A DNA stretch of 63,997 nucleotides, filler included, from Perkinsus olseni (taxonomy: Eukaryota): assembly GCA_013115125.1 (NCBI GenBank). It is 4 parts of 4 records of this genome, joined end to end, with 100 filler letters (N's around TTAATTAATTAA, not from the genome) between each part and the next. Parts side by side here need not be neighbours in the genome. Positions count along the whole stretch, not along the records: positions 1 to 16,720 come from JABANN010000673.1; 3 more parts are not named here. One strand, given 5' to 3'. This document shows positions 1 through 12,189 of the stretch, in pieces. The position numbers and the translations under genes are program-made. Below the pieces are notes generated by a model, which was given only the letters and a program-made list of their open reading frames with translations, was not told where the DNA came from and made no database searches. Each line of letters opens with the position of its first letter. The stretch's first letter is position 1.

Positions 1-1042
1 ACCTAGTTGGGCTAAAAACAGTCGAGTTAACAGCGGAAGCATGAAGTACCCTCAGGTGTGAGTTAATATTTAATTTGAATAATTCAACTGAGAGCAGCTG
101 ACATTAGTGGGTAATGTTGAATTTGATTCACACGAAATTTGGCCACAAATGTTTGTAATATAGCTCAGGCGTGCATATGTTAGCCATTATAGGTTCTTTC
201 TCGGAAGACAGTTAGTTATTGGTATTGTTGGGGAGAAATCTGCCATGTTAACAATGATTCATGAGGCATAAAAATATATAGAACCGGGAACTGATGAAAG
301 CCATCGAAGAAACTATTTTTTTGAGTATTAATTTGAACGCAATCACTGACATGGTTCGACGCAAGAATCTTGAATCATAATTTACAACTCGTATGTGAAT
401 GAAGGTTGATACTCGTATATTACAGTAGCGTAAGTCGAGAAAAATTCTCTGAGGGTAAGCAGTACTATTAGTGGCATTGCAGTAACTAGTCAGCAAGAGT
501 GAGACGTCGATACGAAATTCGCAGAGATACTGATGTTTGTCATATTAAGATTTTTCAACTTACTATCGATACAAGGTATCACAAAGGTATTATGACTTTG
601 AGAGATAATCTGTTTATCTGACATGTATAGTAAAGTTAGTAGAACGATCCACAGGACTTAAGATAATCTGCGTTGTTTACTCGATGAGCCTGACAAAAAA
701 AACAATTCAAATACGTAGGACGTGTTGTTGGACTGATACGCATAGTTGATGGTTATTAAAATACTACAGTTTAATATTTTAATAAATATGATGCGTAATA
801 TTCTATCATCAAACCGTTTAATTCGACCGAAAAGCAAAACACAAACAACAACTGTTGATAGAATAGCTTACGCACACGATTTCAAATTGAGAATCAGCAC
901 AAATCCGAGTTTAAAATCAAGAGTAAGTTATATCGCTTTGTAATGCCTTAGTTTGTAATAGACTCTTGAGAGAAACCTCATCTCATTTTTCTCTTAGGTT
1001 CGCATAGAGCTCAGATTCAACATTTATATCAGATTAATATTA

Positions 1043-2544
1043 TCAGCTATAAGCTACGTATACATGATTGGTTGCAGAAAAGTTAGTATATTTTCTAGAT
1101 TCAGATGCTAGAGAAAGAAGCTTAACCTTACTTTGTCTTCCAGAATCAACTCGATTCCCATCACCTTCAGTATGACGAGTAGTTCCCTGTCCAGAAGAAC
1201 GAGAGTCATCTCTATGGACATTGTCTTCTTGAGAACTCTGTTGGGCTCCTGTATTCTGCGAGTTGTTGGTAGCATTTCTGCTTGCCGACGATGAATCTGA
1301 ACCGATTAATGCTATACACATTATTACATAATGGATATAAGTTAGATTTTGTAATGCAGGATAATAAGAATATAATAAACGAATGGGTTGCGATATGCGT
1401 GTATAAAAATGTAGCTCACTCAAACAATTTTCATTTCTCTACGAAAATCAACGTATATAATGATAAGCCCAATACCAATTAGTTTATGGGGATACATGGT
1501 GTAATGAAATTAAAAAACTTCTGACAAAAGAAAGCCGACTAAAAAAACAATTGTCATATTACCTTCAACATTTCCATCAATAGGTTGAGGATCTACTGGG
1601 GAGAATTTAGCGTGGTTAGCTTTACCCTCATCACAATAGTTGGGTCGTAAGTCCACAATGTGAAACACTCTGGCTTCGGTCAAAGTATGATCTTCACCTT
1701 CCGTAGGGGTTTTGACCCATCCAGATATATCCCAAGTATGAATATACTTCATCACATTGTTGCAACAGTTCTTAATCTCTAATAAGTCGAAAGATCTCCA
1801 CTCATTTTGCTTCAGGACACTATGCTCAATGAATACTTTCGTAAAGCGTAAGCCGCTAACAATCGAACCATTGATTGAACTATAATCGACAGCATCTCCC
1901 ATTTCAACAGCGGTATCAAGATCTGCCTCGAGAACAAATCCCGGCTTGCTTGTTTTCACTACGCATCCACAGTGAGTAGACCCTGAAGTTAAAGGTAATC
2001 GATTACAGAGCGAGCCTCCGCATGACATATTTAATCGAAATGATGAGAGAGATATTTGAACACGGGGTAGATGAAAATAAGCAAATGACGACGATTGTAG
2101 CTGAATAGGTATAGTAGGCAATTGTATAGAAGGATTATATTTGAAGAAGGGTTGTACGACACGAATGACACTTGTCGATCGAGTATCATCAAGGTACTGA
2201 TTGATAAATCGAGGCTCGATCACCACTACAACTTCACCAACAGAAAAGCCAGGTTTTTCCGGTACCAAAGTACGAGTACTTTCCGATGTTCTGGAGAAGA
2301 TCACGCAGCACGACGACGAAAGAAGATCAGATAATAAGAACATTCTGTCATATTCCGCTACACTTTGACTAGGTCTAGTAATACCGCGTCGATATGTGAA
2401 GAGAGTAGTCTTGAAGTTCTTTTCACTCCGCCTGATGTTCAGCAGTCTCATAGGAAGCTTGCAGCTGTCACATGATCCTCCTCTCAATACTTGTTGAAGT
2501 GAAATTGTTTTATATTTTTGAACTTGCTGTGCTGTGAGAGACAT
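1043..2544 (-). CDS. Accessory protein of the Helitron-like element; Cys-rich globular domain plus spliced low-complexity Ser/Gln/Asn tail
   Basis: 344-aa ATG-initiated ORF (1510-2544) with CxxC, CGGSLC and HCGC motifs, on the same strand as RepHel. Donor GAAG|GTAAT at 1562 and acceptor TTCAG| at 1297 join it in phase to the 1043-1423 ORF. The 3' end is uncertain. Confidence 0.6.
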
Positions 2545-2845
2545 AAAAGAATGATAGATCCAACTTATTGACCATGAATTTTAAGTGAATGTATTTAATA
2601 TACTTTCGGAAGTGATTTCATAAACGGTAAACTAGAACTCGATACGTTTTATCATCCTTTATATAAAAAACTCAATAAGTTAGTTAAACTATCCTGAAAA
2701 ACATAAAAACGACGTAGCAAACAGAGGATGGCCTGCTTTAGATAGGTCATCTACCCACGTCATACGCAATTTCGGAGCGATAGAAGCATGGACTATCCCT
2801 ATAAAGATAAATGTACGCAATTAAGTCACACTCGGGACACCGACG

Positions 2846-3530
2846 TCATATAAATTTGAAAGAAGACAGTTTAGTAAAGCTGAAAGTATTAAAACAACAA
2901 TCGTGGCCACAGTGCTCATCCACTTCGCACTGTGGCCACTCTCCCCTGTTATTAACGCAACACATTGCTCGGTAAGAATTTCTTACTAAGAAAAACAGCT
3001 TTAATGATAAAATGTTACCGATAATATCTTCATCCAATATTTCTCCAGAATTATTGTCGAGATACTCATTTATGGAAGACCTGATCGTTTTTTAGTATTG
3101 AGCTTTGGATTACGCAACGATTTGCATATGATGTGATCAACGAGGTTCTCATAGTACTACTCGAGCCAATCTGAACATCTTTAAGAGTACGAAGGTATAC
3201 TTGTTGCCAAGCATCTTCACACTCATTATTGATATCTTTGAGAATTATGTGTTTAGACGTGACCATAAGCCAGTGGCTAATACCCAAATGGACAGGAACC
3301 TCAACTGAACCCACTTAGGTCTTTCGGGCGAAGCATCACTGATCATGTTTGTGATTAGAAAGCTTCAACCCGAGCATAGGCTGATGTAATTATTCGTCAC
3401 GTCAGAGCAGTACTGCATCTTAAAAATTGTTGATCACAAATGATTATGAAATCATAATATGCAATTCGGCTAGTCACAAGTCTTCCATCCATGAACCATC
3501 GACTGTGCCGGAGAAATGTGTCAGATAAAG
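2846..3530 (-). pseudogene. Degenerate Ulp1/C48 (SUMO-protease-like) cysteine peptidase
   Basis: VPVHLGISHWLMV (ORF 3066-3314) resembles the C48 His motif PxxLxxxHW. WPQCEVDEHCGHDCCFNT (ORF 2846-3037) resembles PQQxNGxDCGxxxCxNT. The pieces are separated by stops and frame changes. Confidence 0.35.
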
Positions 3531-3767
3531 AATATCACAAATACTATATTACAATCATAACAAGAGCTGAGCGTTATAATGGGGAATAATTATGAAACAA
3601 CAAACAGATAACTTCAGATTATGTGTAATATAAATACACTTTTGAGAAGAGTTGATCTCTTCAACAATATATTTGAAGGTGGACTTCCACGGTTTACTCG
3701 TGATGTGTTAGCTGGCCGTTGTGTCTTCAACCATAGGACCTGCACTGAAGTAACTACAAAACAATCT

Positions 3768-6700
3768 CTAATCGATTCTCTGATGGAAGACGAGTGCTCT
3801 ATCCGAATATTGAGATACGATGTATCTACCAACGTCTAATATCTCAGCAAGAGAATCAGTCGGGCGGCGAAATCGTTTCCACATTCGCTCAACAGTTAAA
3901 CGATGATATTTACTGTCAGGCGAATCAAATCCTGTAATGAGTGCTGCACAAAACCATGGAACTAAAGATGGATCTTTTGTTGATGAAGAACCTTGTAAAC
4001 GANNNNNNNNNNNNNNNNNNNNNNNNNNNNNNNNNNNNNNNNNNNNNNNNNNNNNNNNNNNNNNNNNNNNNNNNNNNNNNNNNNNNNNNNNNNNNNNNNN
4101 NATCCTGTAATGAGTGCTGCACAAAACCATGGAACTAAAGATGGATCTTTTGTTGATGAAGAACCTTGTAAACGATTATGTTCTTTTAAACGTCTCGATA
4201 TACAAGTGGACTCTCCGATATAAGTAACTGATAAGAAACGTAAACTTATTAATAGATACACACATCCCCCAACTGACTGAGTATCTGGCAACGGTAAAGA
4301 AGATAAATGATAAGGCCATTGACTTGCGAGTGAGAGAATCATATTCGACGTAGCAATGTTCGCGGTACGGGATACAACACTATGTAGTATTTGTGAGATA
4401 TAGGCATCATATTGCTGAGGTTTACGTAACAATTGTCGGATCACAGATAATATTTCCATTTTATCACCCACTAAGGTAATATGATCAAGTCTTTGAACAC
4501 GCGAAAAGAGAGTGTAAAGTTGTGATCGAAGCCACAAATGATGCTTACGATCAGACAGACTAAGCTGTGCACATATTTGTGGCAGGGTATTTCCCATAGC
4601 GCGGTGAACTGTTACCGCGACATAAGGTTTGAGAGGATATTGAAAACGTTTAGCGAGAAGGCCTTTACGAATATAGAGTTCCCGAGCTGAACTAGGAAAT
4701 GAAACACATAGGCTACGCCAGCCAGCTAATTCATAATCACCGTCTTCTGGCAAGGATCTATTACCAGGAGGTGAAACGAGGATAGTTACCCGACTATATT
4801 GATTGGTTGGAATATTTGTAATTACACATAACTGGCCTTGAGAATATTTTCGATCGGCAGTGTCGTTTTGTGTTAGTCTCATTATAGCGCCTCGATATAA
4901 GAGTAGATTTTTTGGCTCCAAACATTTTTTATCAAGATAAGCTACAGATTCCCTATTGGCATTGTTCCACGAGACGCCCCCAGATGTACTCTGAATGTCA
5001 AAAGCTGTGGAAGAATGAAATTCATCTGGGTGGAGACTATTCCTGATACTTGACTCTCTTTCTGCAATGATTTCCTGTTCGGCAACACGCTTACCAACTA
5101 CTCTCAGAACAGTACTAGGTACATCATCGAGAGACGGAACGAAATTACATCTGCTATTGATTATGGAACAGTATTCATCAATGAGTTGCGCATCATATGG
5201 CAGATCCAATATTCTACCGATTTCGTTAATGCGTTGCAAGTCTGGATCACTTGCAGATCTTACATAGTGCTCTAAGACCTGCAATCGGAACATTGTTAGT
5301 ATTAATGGCGATACTAACAAAGGCTGTCCAGTTACAGGTGGTAATTGGATGGGATCCATACTTGACAGCAGCAACAAACCGCCATACGGTAAATTATTGG
5401 ATCGAATAACGCGAAAACACCTATCAAGAACGGTTATCAATTCAGAGCTAATCAAGCCTAATTCTTCAATACATAGAACGTCAAGATGACGAAGAAACGC
5501 AATTTTGTCTGGATTGCGTCCAAGAGAAAGTATGCATCTCTCAGTCATTCGATCAACGTTTATGGATGAGTTCCCTTCAAGAACAGGAATGGGCAACAAG
5601 GCATGACAATGTACCCCTCCGAATTTTACAGAAGTTTCCGAAGTCAGACTACTAAATAGAACCGAAAGGCCCTTACTAATACAATATATCCCAACAAGTG
5701 TCAAGAGGTGGGTTTTACCCACTCCCGGCCCTCCTGTTATGACAGGAAAGCGCCGGAAGCCGAAGAATCCGCTAGCATACTCATCAACGTAGTGTAATAA
5801 TGCACTCAACAGCAACGATTGTTCTCGTGCTGCTCTTTCAGGAACTGTAGTGGAATACTGTATAGTGGGTATCCAAGACAGAGGATTATCTCTTGTTGCA
5901 CTATGCAAATCTGCTTCCGTAGGGAATGATAATCTAACTTCACTCAAACATGCTTGAATAGTAGATTCTTTTCTTTCTTGAAGAAGCCTCTGCACTTCTG
6001 CAGTAGCTCGATCTCTTATCTGGGATAACAGAACACCTGGGATATCTGTCAAGATTGCCGTCTCATGTAAGCCATTGACTAAAGAATCGTAGGCTGCAAG
6101 TAGGTAACGGTCGAATAACTGAGTGCCTCCTGAAGGATAGTATAACAGTTGTTCAAGGACATACCTACGTAAGACGTGTAATATTTCGTCATCTTGGAGC
6201 GCTTCGTCAGCGTCCCATTGTAATATGTTGGAGTTTGCAAAAACATGCAATATCGACGGCTGACTGAATAAATCTAATTCAGTCGAAAACCGACCAAAAG
6301 ATAGAGCTAGATGTATAAGAAATTTACACTGATTAGTTGGAGTTATATTACTCGATACTATTACGCGTCTCTGCATCGTTCTTACTAATCTGGAATATAG
6401 CTTCTGATAACTCTCATGCTGTGGATCTAAAAGTGGTTCAAATAGGTTATGTAACAAATTATCAGCAACGTAACTATTGGCAGCGGATGTTTGAGGAGAA
6501 TTTCTTATATTTCGTAAATATTCGACACAATCCTGTATAGCATCTTCACATATGAGGACAATATGGTCTAGCATATCAACAAAATAGGTTTCGTTGATTG
6601 ATCCTTTAATATACCTCAGTAAGTGTGACGACTCTATGAAATCACTAACGGATTCACATGAGTGGTTTTTACCTGATGGTATCGGATATCTTGCAAAATA

Positions 6701-9700
6701 TTGAAAGTAAAGCTCTGGTGAGTCGAATAAAAGTAACTCCGGGGGACGAAGTGAAAAAATTGTTATCTTATCATAACTTACTTTCGATGAAATTCTATCA
6801 TTATAAAGAATACGTTGTGATCGTGTGTAAAGTCGCCATGAAGGCAGATTTAAACTTTCTCTTACTCGCAAACATTCCGGTTGAGATCCATGAGACAAAT
6901 CTGATTGAATACCAGACTTTGAAAAATACAGAGCACCCGTTCGGCTTTCGAAAGGGACAGTTGGTAAATGTATAAAAGTTAAATTAGTATACCAAGTTTT
7001 CAAATTCAATAGGTGAAATACCATCTCAGTAAATGGTGTGATACGCCCAAGATCCTTTTTCTTAGACTCCTGTAGAGCATGTCTTGAAGGATATTTTGAG
7101 CCTTTTAACTGGCCAATGTGTAATTCTAAGCATGGTTGGCCATGTGATTCGTTGACATCATAGGGATTTACGGAGGCCACTTTATCTACAGTGATTGTAG
7201 AATCAGGACTTTTAACTTTCACAAACATAGCAGCTTTAGCTTCAGCTGCGGCGATGTATTTTGCTATGTACCGGCTTCTTCTATACCGATCACAATATAA
7301 CAAGTTGCACTGACTACGATGCAGTGCCCATAAATGACTAGATGTTGGAACAAAATGTTCATGGCTGTCCGCTGGATAATAATATTTGCCTCCAACCATA
7401 CTATCATTCCAATAAATGTCTCCAGTTGAGACATCTACATGGGCAAGCCCCAAGTGGACTAACAACTGTACTGCAGCTTTATCATGATCTGTGATGTATT
7501 CCTTGAATGAATATGCTTCAGATGCAGGATATAAAGGTGTTCTGCATTTAGTTTCATTACTATCACTGGACATCCTATGACACCGAAAACCGGCAGCTTC
7601 GCAATCATGCTGCTGGATACGAGTAGCAGCATCTCGTAGATAACAATAATCAGCCTCAGATTCTATGAGTCCGATGCTCATTAAATATTCTTTGTTGTTG
7701 AAAAGTCTGGAGCTGGAGCATACTATTCTGTTCAAAGAGTCAGCAGCTTGTGCTCGACTCTCTTTTACTTTGATCAAACCATGACTATGTGGCAAGTTTC
7801 CACTATGGCTTTGCCATTCTTGTCGGTACCACACACTATCTATCGATCCTAACGGTTCTTCAGGACTCCGTAAGATATATTCCCAAACATATTTTGATGC
7901 TCTTTCACTTGAACGAATAAGTTGAACAGCAATTGATAAATCTGTCGATCGTGATACATCTGTATCACTATCAATACAACCTAATGATTCAGCCTGTTGG
8001 AATATAGGCGATATCCCGAAATGCGAACGCATACTGATTGTATGCGTGTAGAAGAACTGTGGATCGAGCTTAGTGAATGCAGATAATTCATTGATTCTAC
8101 GTCTAGAATCTACACTGTCAAAGCTCATGGCACTTTCAACATTATGGTGGGTATAATAGCCAGTGAGATGTTCATACCCGCGGGTTTGAACAAGTCTTGT
8201 GTCTGATACCCGGAGCTCCAAGTTAACAATAGCATCAAATGCATGGGTAACATATCGAGGATCTGTTCCGGTCAAAGATGCTCCATCTTTGATTCGAGAT
8301 CGAAGCATTTGATCTATCCCTGCATATCCTAATCTCCGATTGTCTTTGGCATTGGAAAACAAAAATTGAGGAATAGCACCTGGGAATAAACCATCTTCTG
8401 CTTGTGCATAGAATATGGACGGGAAAGTGTCAGCTTCAAAATTAAGTAAGGGAAGACACTTTCCTGGATCTGTGGAAACATAATGTTGAATGAACCGCTT
8501 TTGAGCTAGGGAACCCTTGATTTTCTTTGTTTTTCGTTGTAGCAATTGGCTATCTGTATTGAATATGATATGTCTAGGTATCGACTGTAACTCCGTGTGT
8601 GAATCACTATAATTGGGGAGGAGAATGGCGGAATCCGTGTTATAAACATACTTCAAGTCTGTAGAATATGAATCTGTGGAGAATAAATCACTAGTACTTG
8701 AAACATCACTATTTGCAGAGCTTGCTGAATCTCCATAAGACGTGCTAGACTCTGACGGAGACTGCAAATCAGCGCATGGAATCGACTGATCAAAATTCGA
8801 TACTGTAGAGCTATTTTGAGTAACGGAGATCGATGAAAAGGAGTACTCCGAGGAAGGACAAGTTCGGATAGAAGAACAGCTACCGGTCGAAGATTGATCA
8901 TCTAATTTGTCCGTTACAAAAGGTGGAAGTGTTTGCTCTCCTGACCTGATAGACGACGTGTGTTTTCTACATAAACAGTTGGTACAATGCAAATAACAAC
9001 ATTTGATGTAACCTGTACGATGACACCGGGTACTTCCTAACAGCCCGTCTGTCGTGCTACAACAGACTAGTGATTTACATTGACTGAATAATAGCGGTGA
9101 CTTATGTAACTTACAGTATAATGGGGATTCATCTACTATGTCACGAAGATAATCAATCTTGTATTGCTTGTATGTCTCATACTGATACTGTTCGTAAATA
9201 AGGAACTGGCATCGGCGAAGTATTTCGTTTGGTATACTTTGTACTTCATCTATAACAGGGGTTGTTGAAATACAATGGGTAATATATCCTAGACGAGTGA
9301 AAGACTGGAAATAACATTCACCGAAAAATTTTGTTTGATTATCCTTATCATAACTATCACGTACATATCCAACACATCTCCATTTGAAATCTTTGTTATT
9401 ACAATGTAGCTCTGACGGAAAGTTTTGTAATCCAGCAGATCTAGATCTGCAAACGAGGATAACCCTGACATCATTTCTGAGTGTTGGAATCACATATGAC
9501 GATATATCTTGGCTGGGTAAAAGACGAGCAACGTGAACACCAGGTATCGTTCCTAGAAGATGAATCAACTTATACTGACTACGGATATCATCCATATCAG
9601 CAGAAGCAGCGATACTGGTCTGAATGTCATATGGTTTTTGGACTTTAGCATAAGGGTTATGTCTGCCTAAAGCCCTCAAATTAATCGAAAAAACTTTAAC

Positions 9701-12189
9701 AGTTAAATATCGTAAGACATGCCCTCGCCACGTCTCTGATATGCATGTAGTAGCAATATCAGATAGTGCCCCCCATAAATAAGGTACACCAGACAGAATT
9801 GTAGCGAGACCCCAAAATAATCTTAAGTCTTTTTTTAAATCGTCCCTTGTTAATATCTTACGCGAAGAAGGAATCCCAGTTGATACACACTCAAGTATTC
9901 TCGGTAACCACGGTAAATTAATCGTTATGGATATAGTGGTAGAGTCATCGATCTTATGTTGGATCGTATGAAAATCGGTAAATATTCCACTATATAATGC
10001 TTTGCGACATGCTAATAGATTATCAACATTGAAACGAGTAGCAGATTGTTGGCATAATATGACTTTTTCAACTTCTGCTGATGACAAACGTCCTCCTTGC
10101 AGCATATCATCTACAACTTCTTTAGTCAGTTCACCTGTTCTCTGTAAATGTCGTAACCTATAATGTACATCCTCTCTACATGCTATCTGTAATCTTTCTG
10201 ATTCAAATAGTTGGGCTGATGTAACATCCCATCTTCTCCTGTTCTGAAGCATGCAAGAACTGAGACCACTATAGGATCCAGTGACACGCGATACTTCATA
10301 TGCATTGACATTATATTTCTTGAGGAATGGTTTAACAATCTGAGGAGCCAAAACTAGACCTCCTAAACGATCACTTGTATGACAAGGTCTATTATACTGG
10401 ACAGGGTTATATGCAACAGCTACATGTCTCATAGTACTCCCATGACAATGATCTTTACAGGTCAGGATGCAAAGTCCTTCTCTTTCGTCGATCACCAGAC
10501 AAGGTCCTATTTTCCACTTCTCAAGGAATATCCAAGACTTTAGCCAGTCATATCGGGCGGCTGCTAGGTAATCGCGATGAACTTGATCACCACGTAATAG
10601 CAAGCCAAGTTTTTGCATCGATGCATACTGTCTAACTAAGGCTCGTTGCACACTCACAAAACCTGCATCTTCTAAGAATTCCTGAGCTCCACAGTAGCAA
10701 CGGACGCGTGCTACACATTCTTCGTTTAAAGCTCTTCGTAGCTCAGCACCTTTCATAGTATTTATAGCTTGTAATAGTCTTTGACGTTTATGTGTGAGGT
10801 CTTCGAAACAAGGAGCAGGATGTAGTAGTGTTACGTTTGTGAAATTTCTATGGAACTGTGATCGAGAAGGTAACCATGCTACACGCAGCTCGAAAGGAAT
10901 CCATTCCCATATAGGCAAGAAGCCTTCTATGACCATAATGTATGCAAAAATACTTGGCCAGGCGACACTCCATACATTCTTCCAAACAAGAGTGTTAGAC
11001 GAACTAATATAAACATAGCACGACGGACAAACAGCATAGGACGCAGCACCTGCGCCTTTTCGTAAAAGGACATATTTTCGTTTAATAAAAGCATTATCAC
11101 GAATCTGTTGACATTTGAAAGGATAAGATATAGTAGATGAGCGAAGGCAATTTTGACAAGTTTGTTTCAATTTATTTATGTATAAGTCGTTAGTAATATT
11201 ACAAGTAATATATTTTGCATTCCCAAATACGTCAATAATCTGGATGACTTTCTCTCTACTACACGAACTCTCAGAATAATCAATATTACAAGTATGCTTT
11301 TTACTCATTTCGGCCTTTCTACTCTCCAGGTTACAAGGAGCATTATGTGTGCCAAATTTTTCTACAACCGGAATTTTATCAAAGCGTGCTGACGAACTTC
11401 GTCGACTCACGCTACATCTTACACATGTACCATCCTTTTCCAAAAATGTTCCACAAACAATACACTTGGCCACTGAACCATGTTTTCGGCTCCTTTTCGG
11501 CTCATCATACCGTACACGTTCCGTAGTGACATTCCTAGTTATTGATGATGTAACTGGAACAGAAAAGCAACATCTTCTACAATGACTGTGAAAGAAAAAA
11601 CCCACTTACCAGGATTTGCCAAAGGATTGGAAGTTCTTAAACTCGCATCTCCCCTCGATAGTACCCTTCTCAATACAACATAATGGCCCGCACCAGCTCC
11701 CGCATTCGTCGAACTTTCCCCCACATGACTGTATTCGTGACCAACAAATACTGGCTCTCGCTCCCTGCCACCCCTTATTCCCTCCGGAACATACACATCT
11801 ACAGTTGGCGGAACGTTATGCGATGATTCCTGCCAACTTATATAACCAATGGGCCTTTCAATAAGTTGACATAAAGTATATTGGAGTACCGGTCTGGCAT
11901 CATCTCTCAAAGCAGCTTCCACAGCGCTCTCAATCGTTCCGCCGGCGTATCCCCAATAATCCGCTAAGAAATCTTCATCCAGTTCTCCTCGACGCACCAA
12001 ATCCCCCATATGATTAGCCGTAAGTTGATGTACGAGCCGACCTCTCTCTCTATCGTCAGTTAATGTTCGTTCTTCAACGCACGAAGCAATTACAGCATGG
12101 AAGTAACAGTTACCATCCCCTGCAACATTTCTGAAGAACTCTAAAACTTGCCCATCTTCCAATACTTGATGCCCATCTGGAAAACACAC
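3768..12189 (-). CDS. OTU-Rep-helicase-GIY-YIG fusion transposase (~2,730 aa; exons ~12189-11610 and 11553-3768 after collapsing the 74-bp overlap around the N gap)
   Basis: OTU: VAGDGNCYFHAV...GHYVVL. HUH Rep motifs: FFYTHT (~8040-8056), EWQSHSGNLPHSHGL (~7776-7819), YIAKY (7256-7270). Helicase: GGPGVGKT (5711-5734), IEELG, DPIQLPPV, RFQYPL...TVHRAMG, QLYTLFSRV. GIY-YIG: GCVYLLIS...TYIGES...RRLKEHN...PW...ITGF...VERMWK. A GT-AG intron at 11609-11554 joins the two ORFs in frame. The true start may lie in an upstream exon. Confidence 0.88.

Noticed and set aside
3962-4002. C-terminus VYKVLHQQKIHL of the 2547-aa ORF
   Set aside because: Artefact of translating through the N gap into the duplicated overlap in the wrong frame; the real stop is at 3768.
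11556-11605. N-terminus MGFFFHSHCRRCCFSVP of the 2547-aa ORF
   Set aside because: Starts at GTG inside the predicted 56-nt intron.
3768-12189. Host Pif1 helicase, Penelope element or viral gene
   Set aside because: The HUH Rep motifs upstream of the helicase indicate a Helitron-type transposase; no reverse transcriptase, capsid or polymerase motifs were seen.
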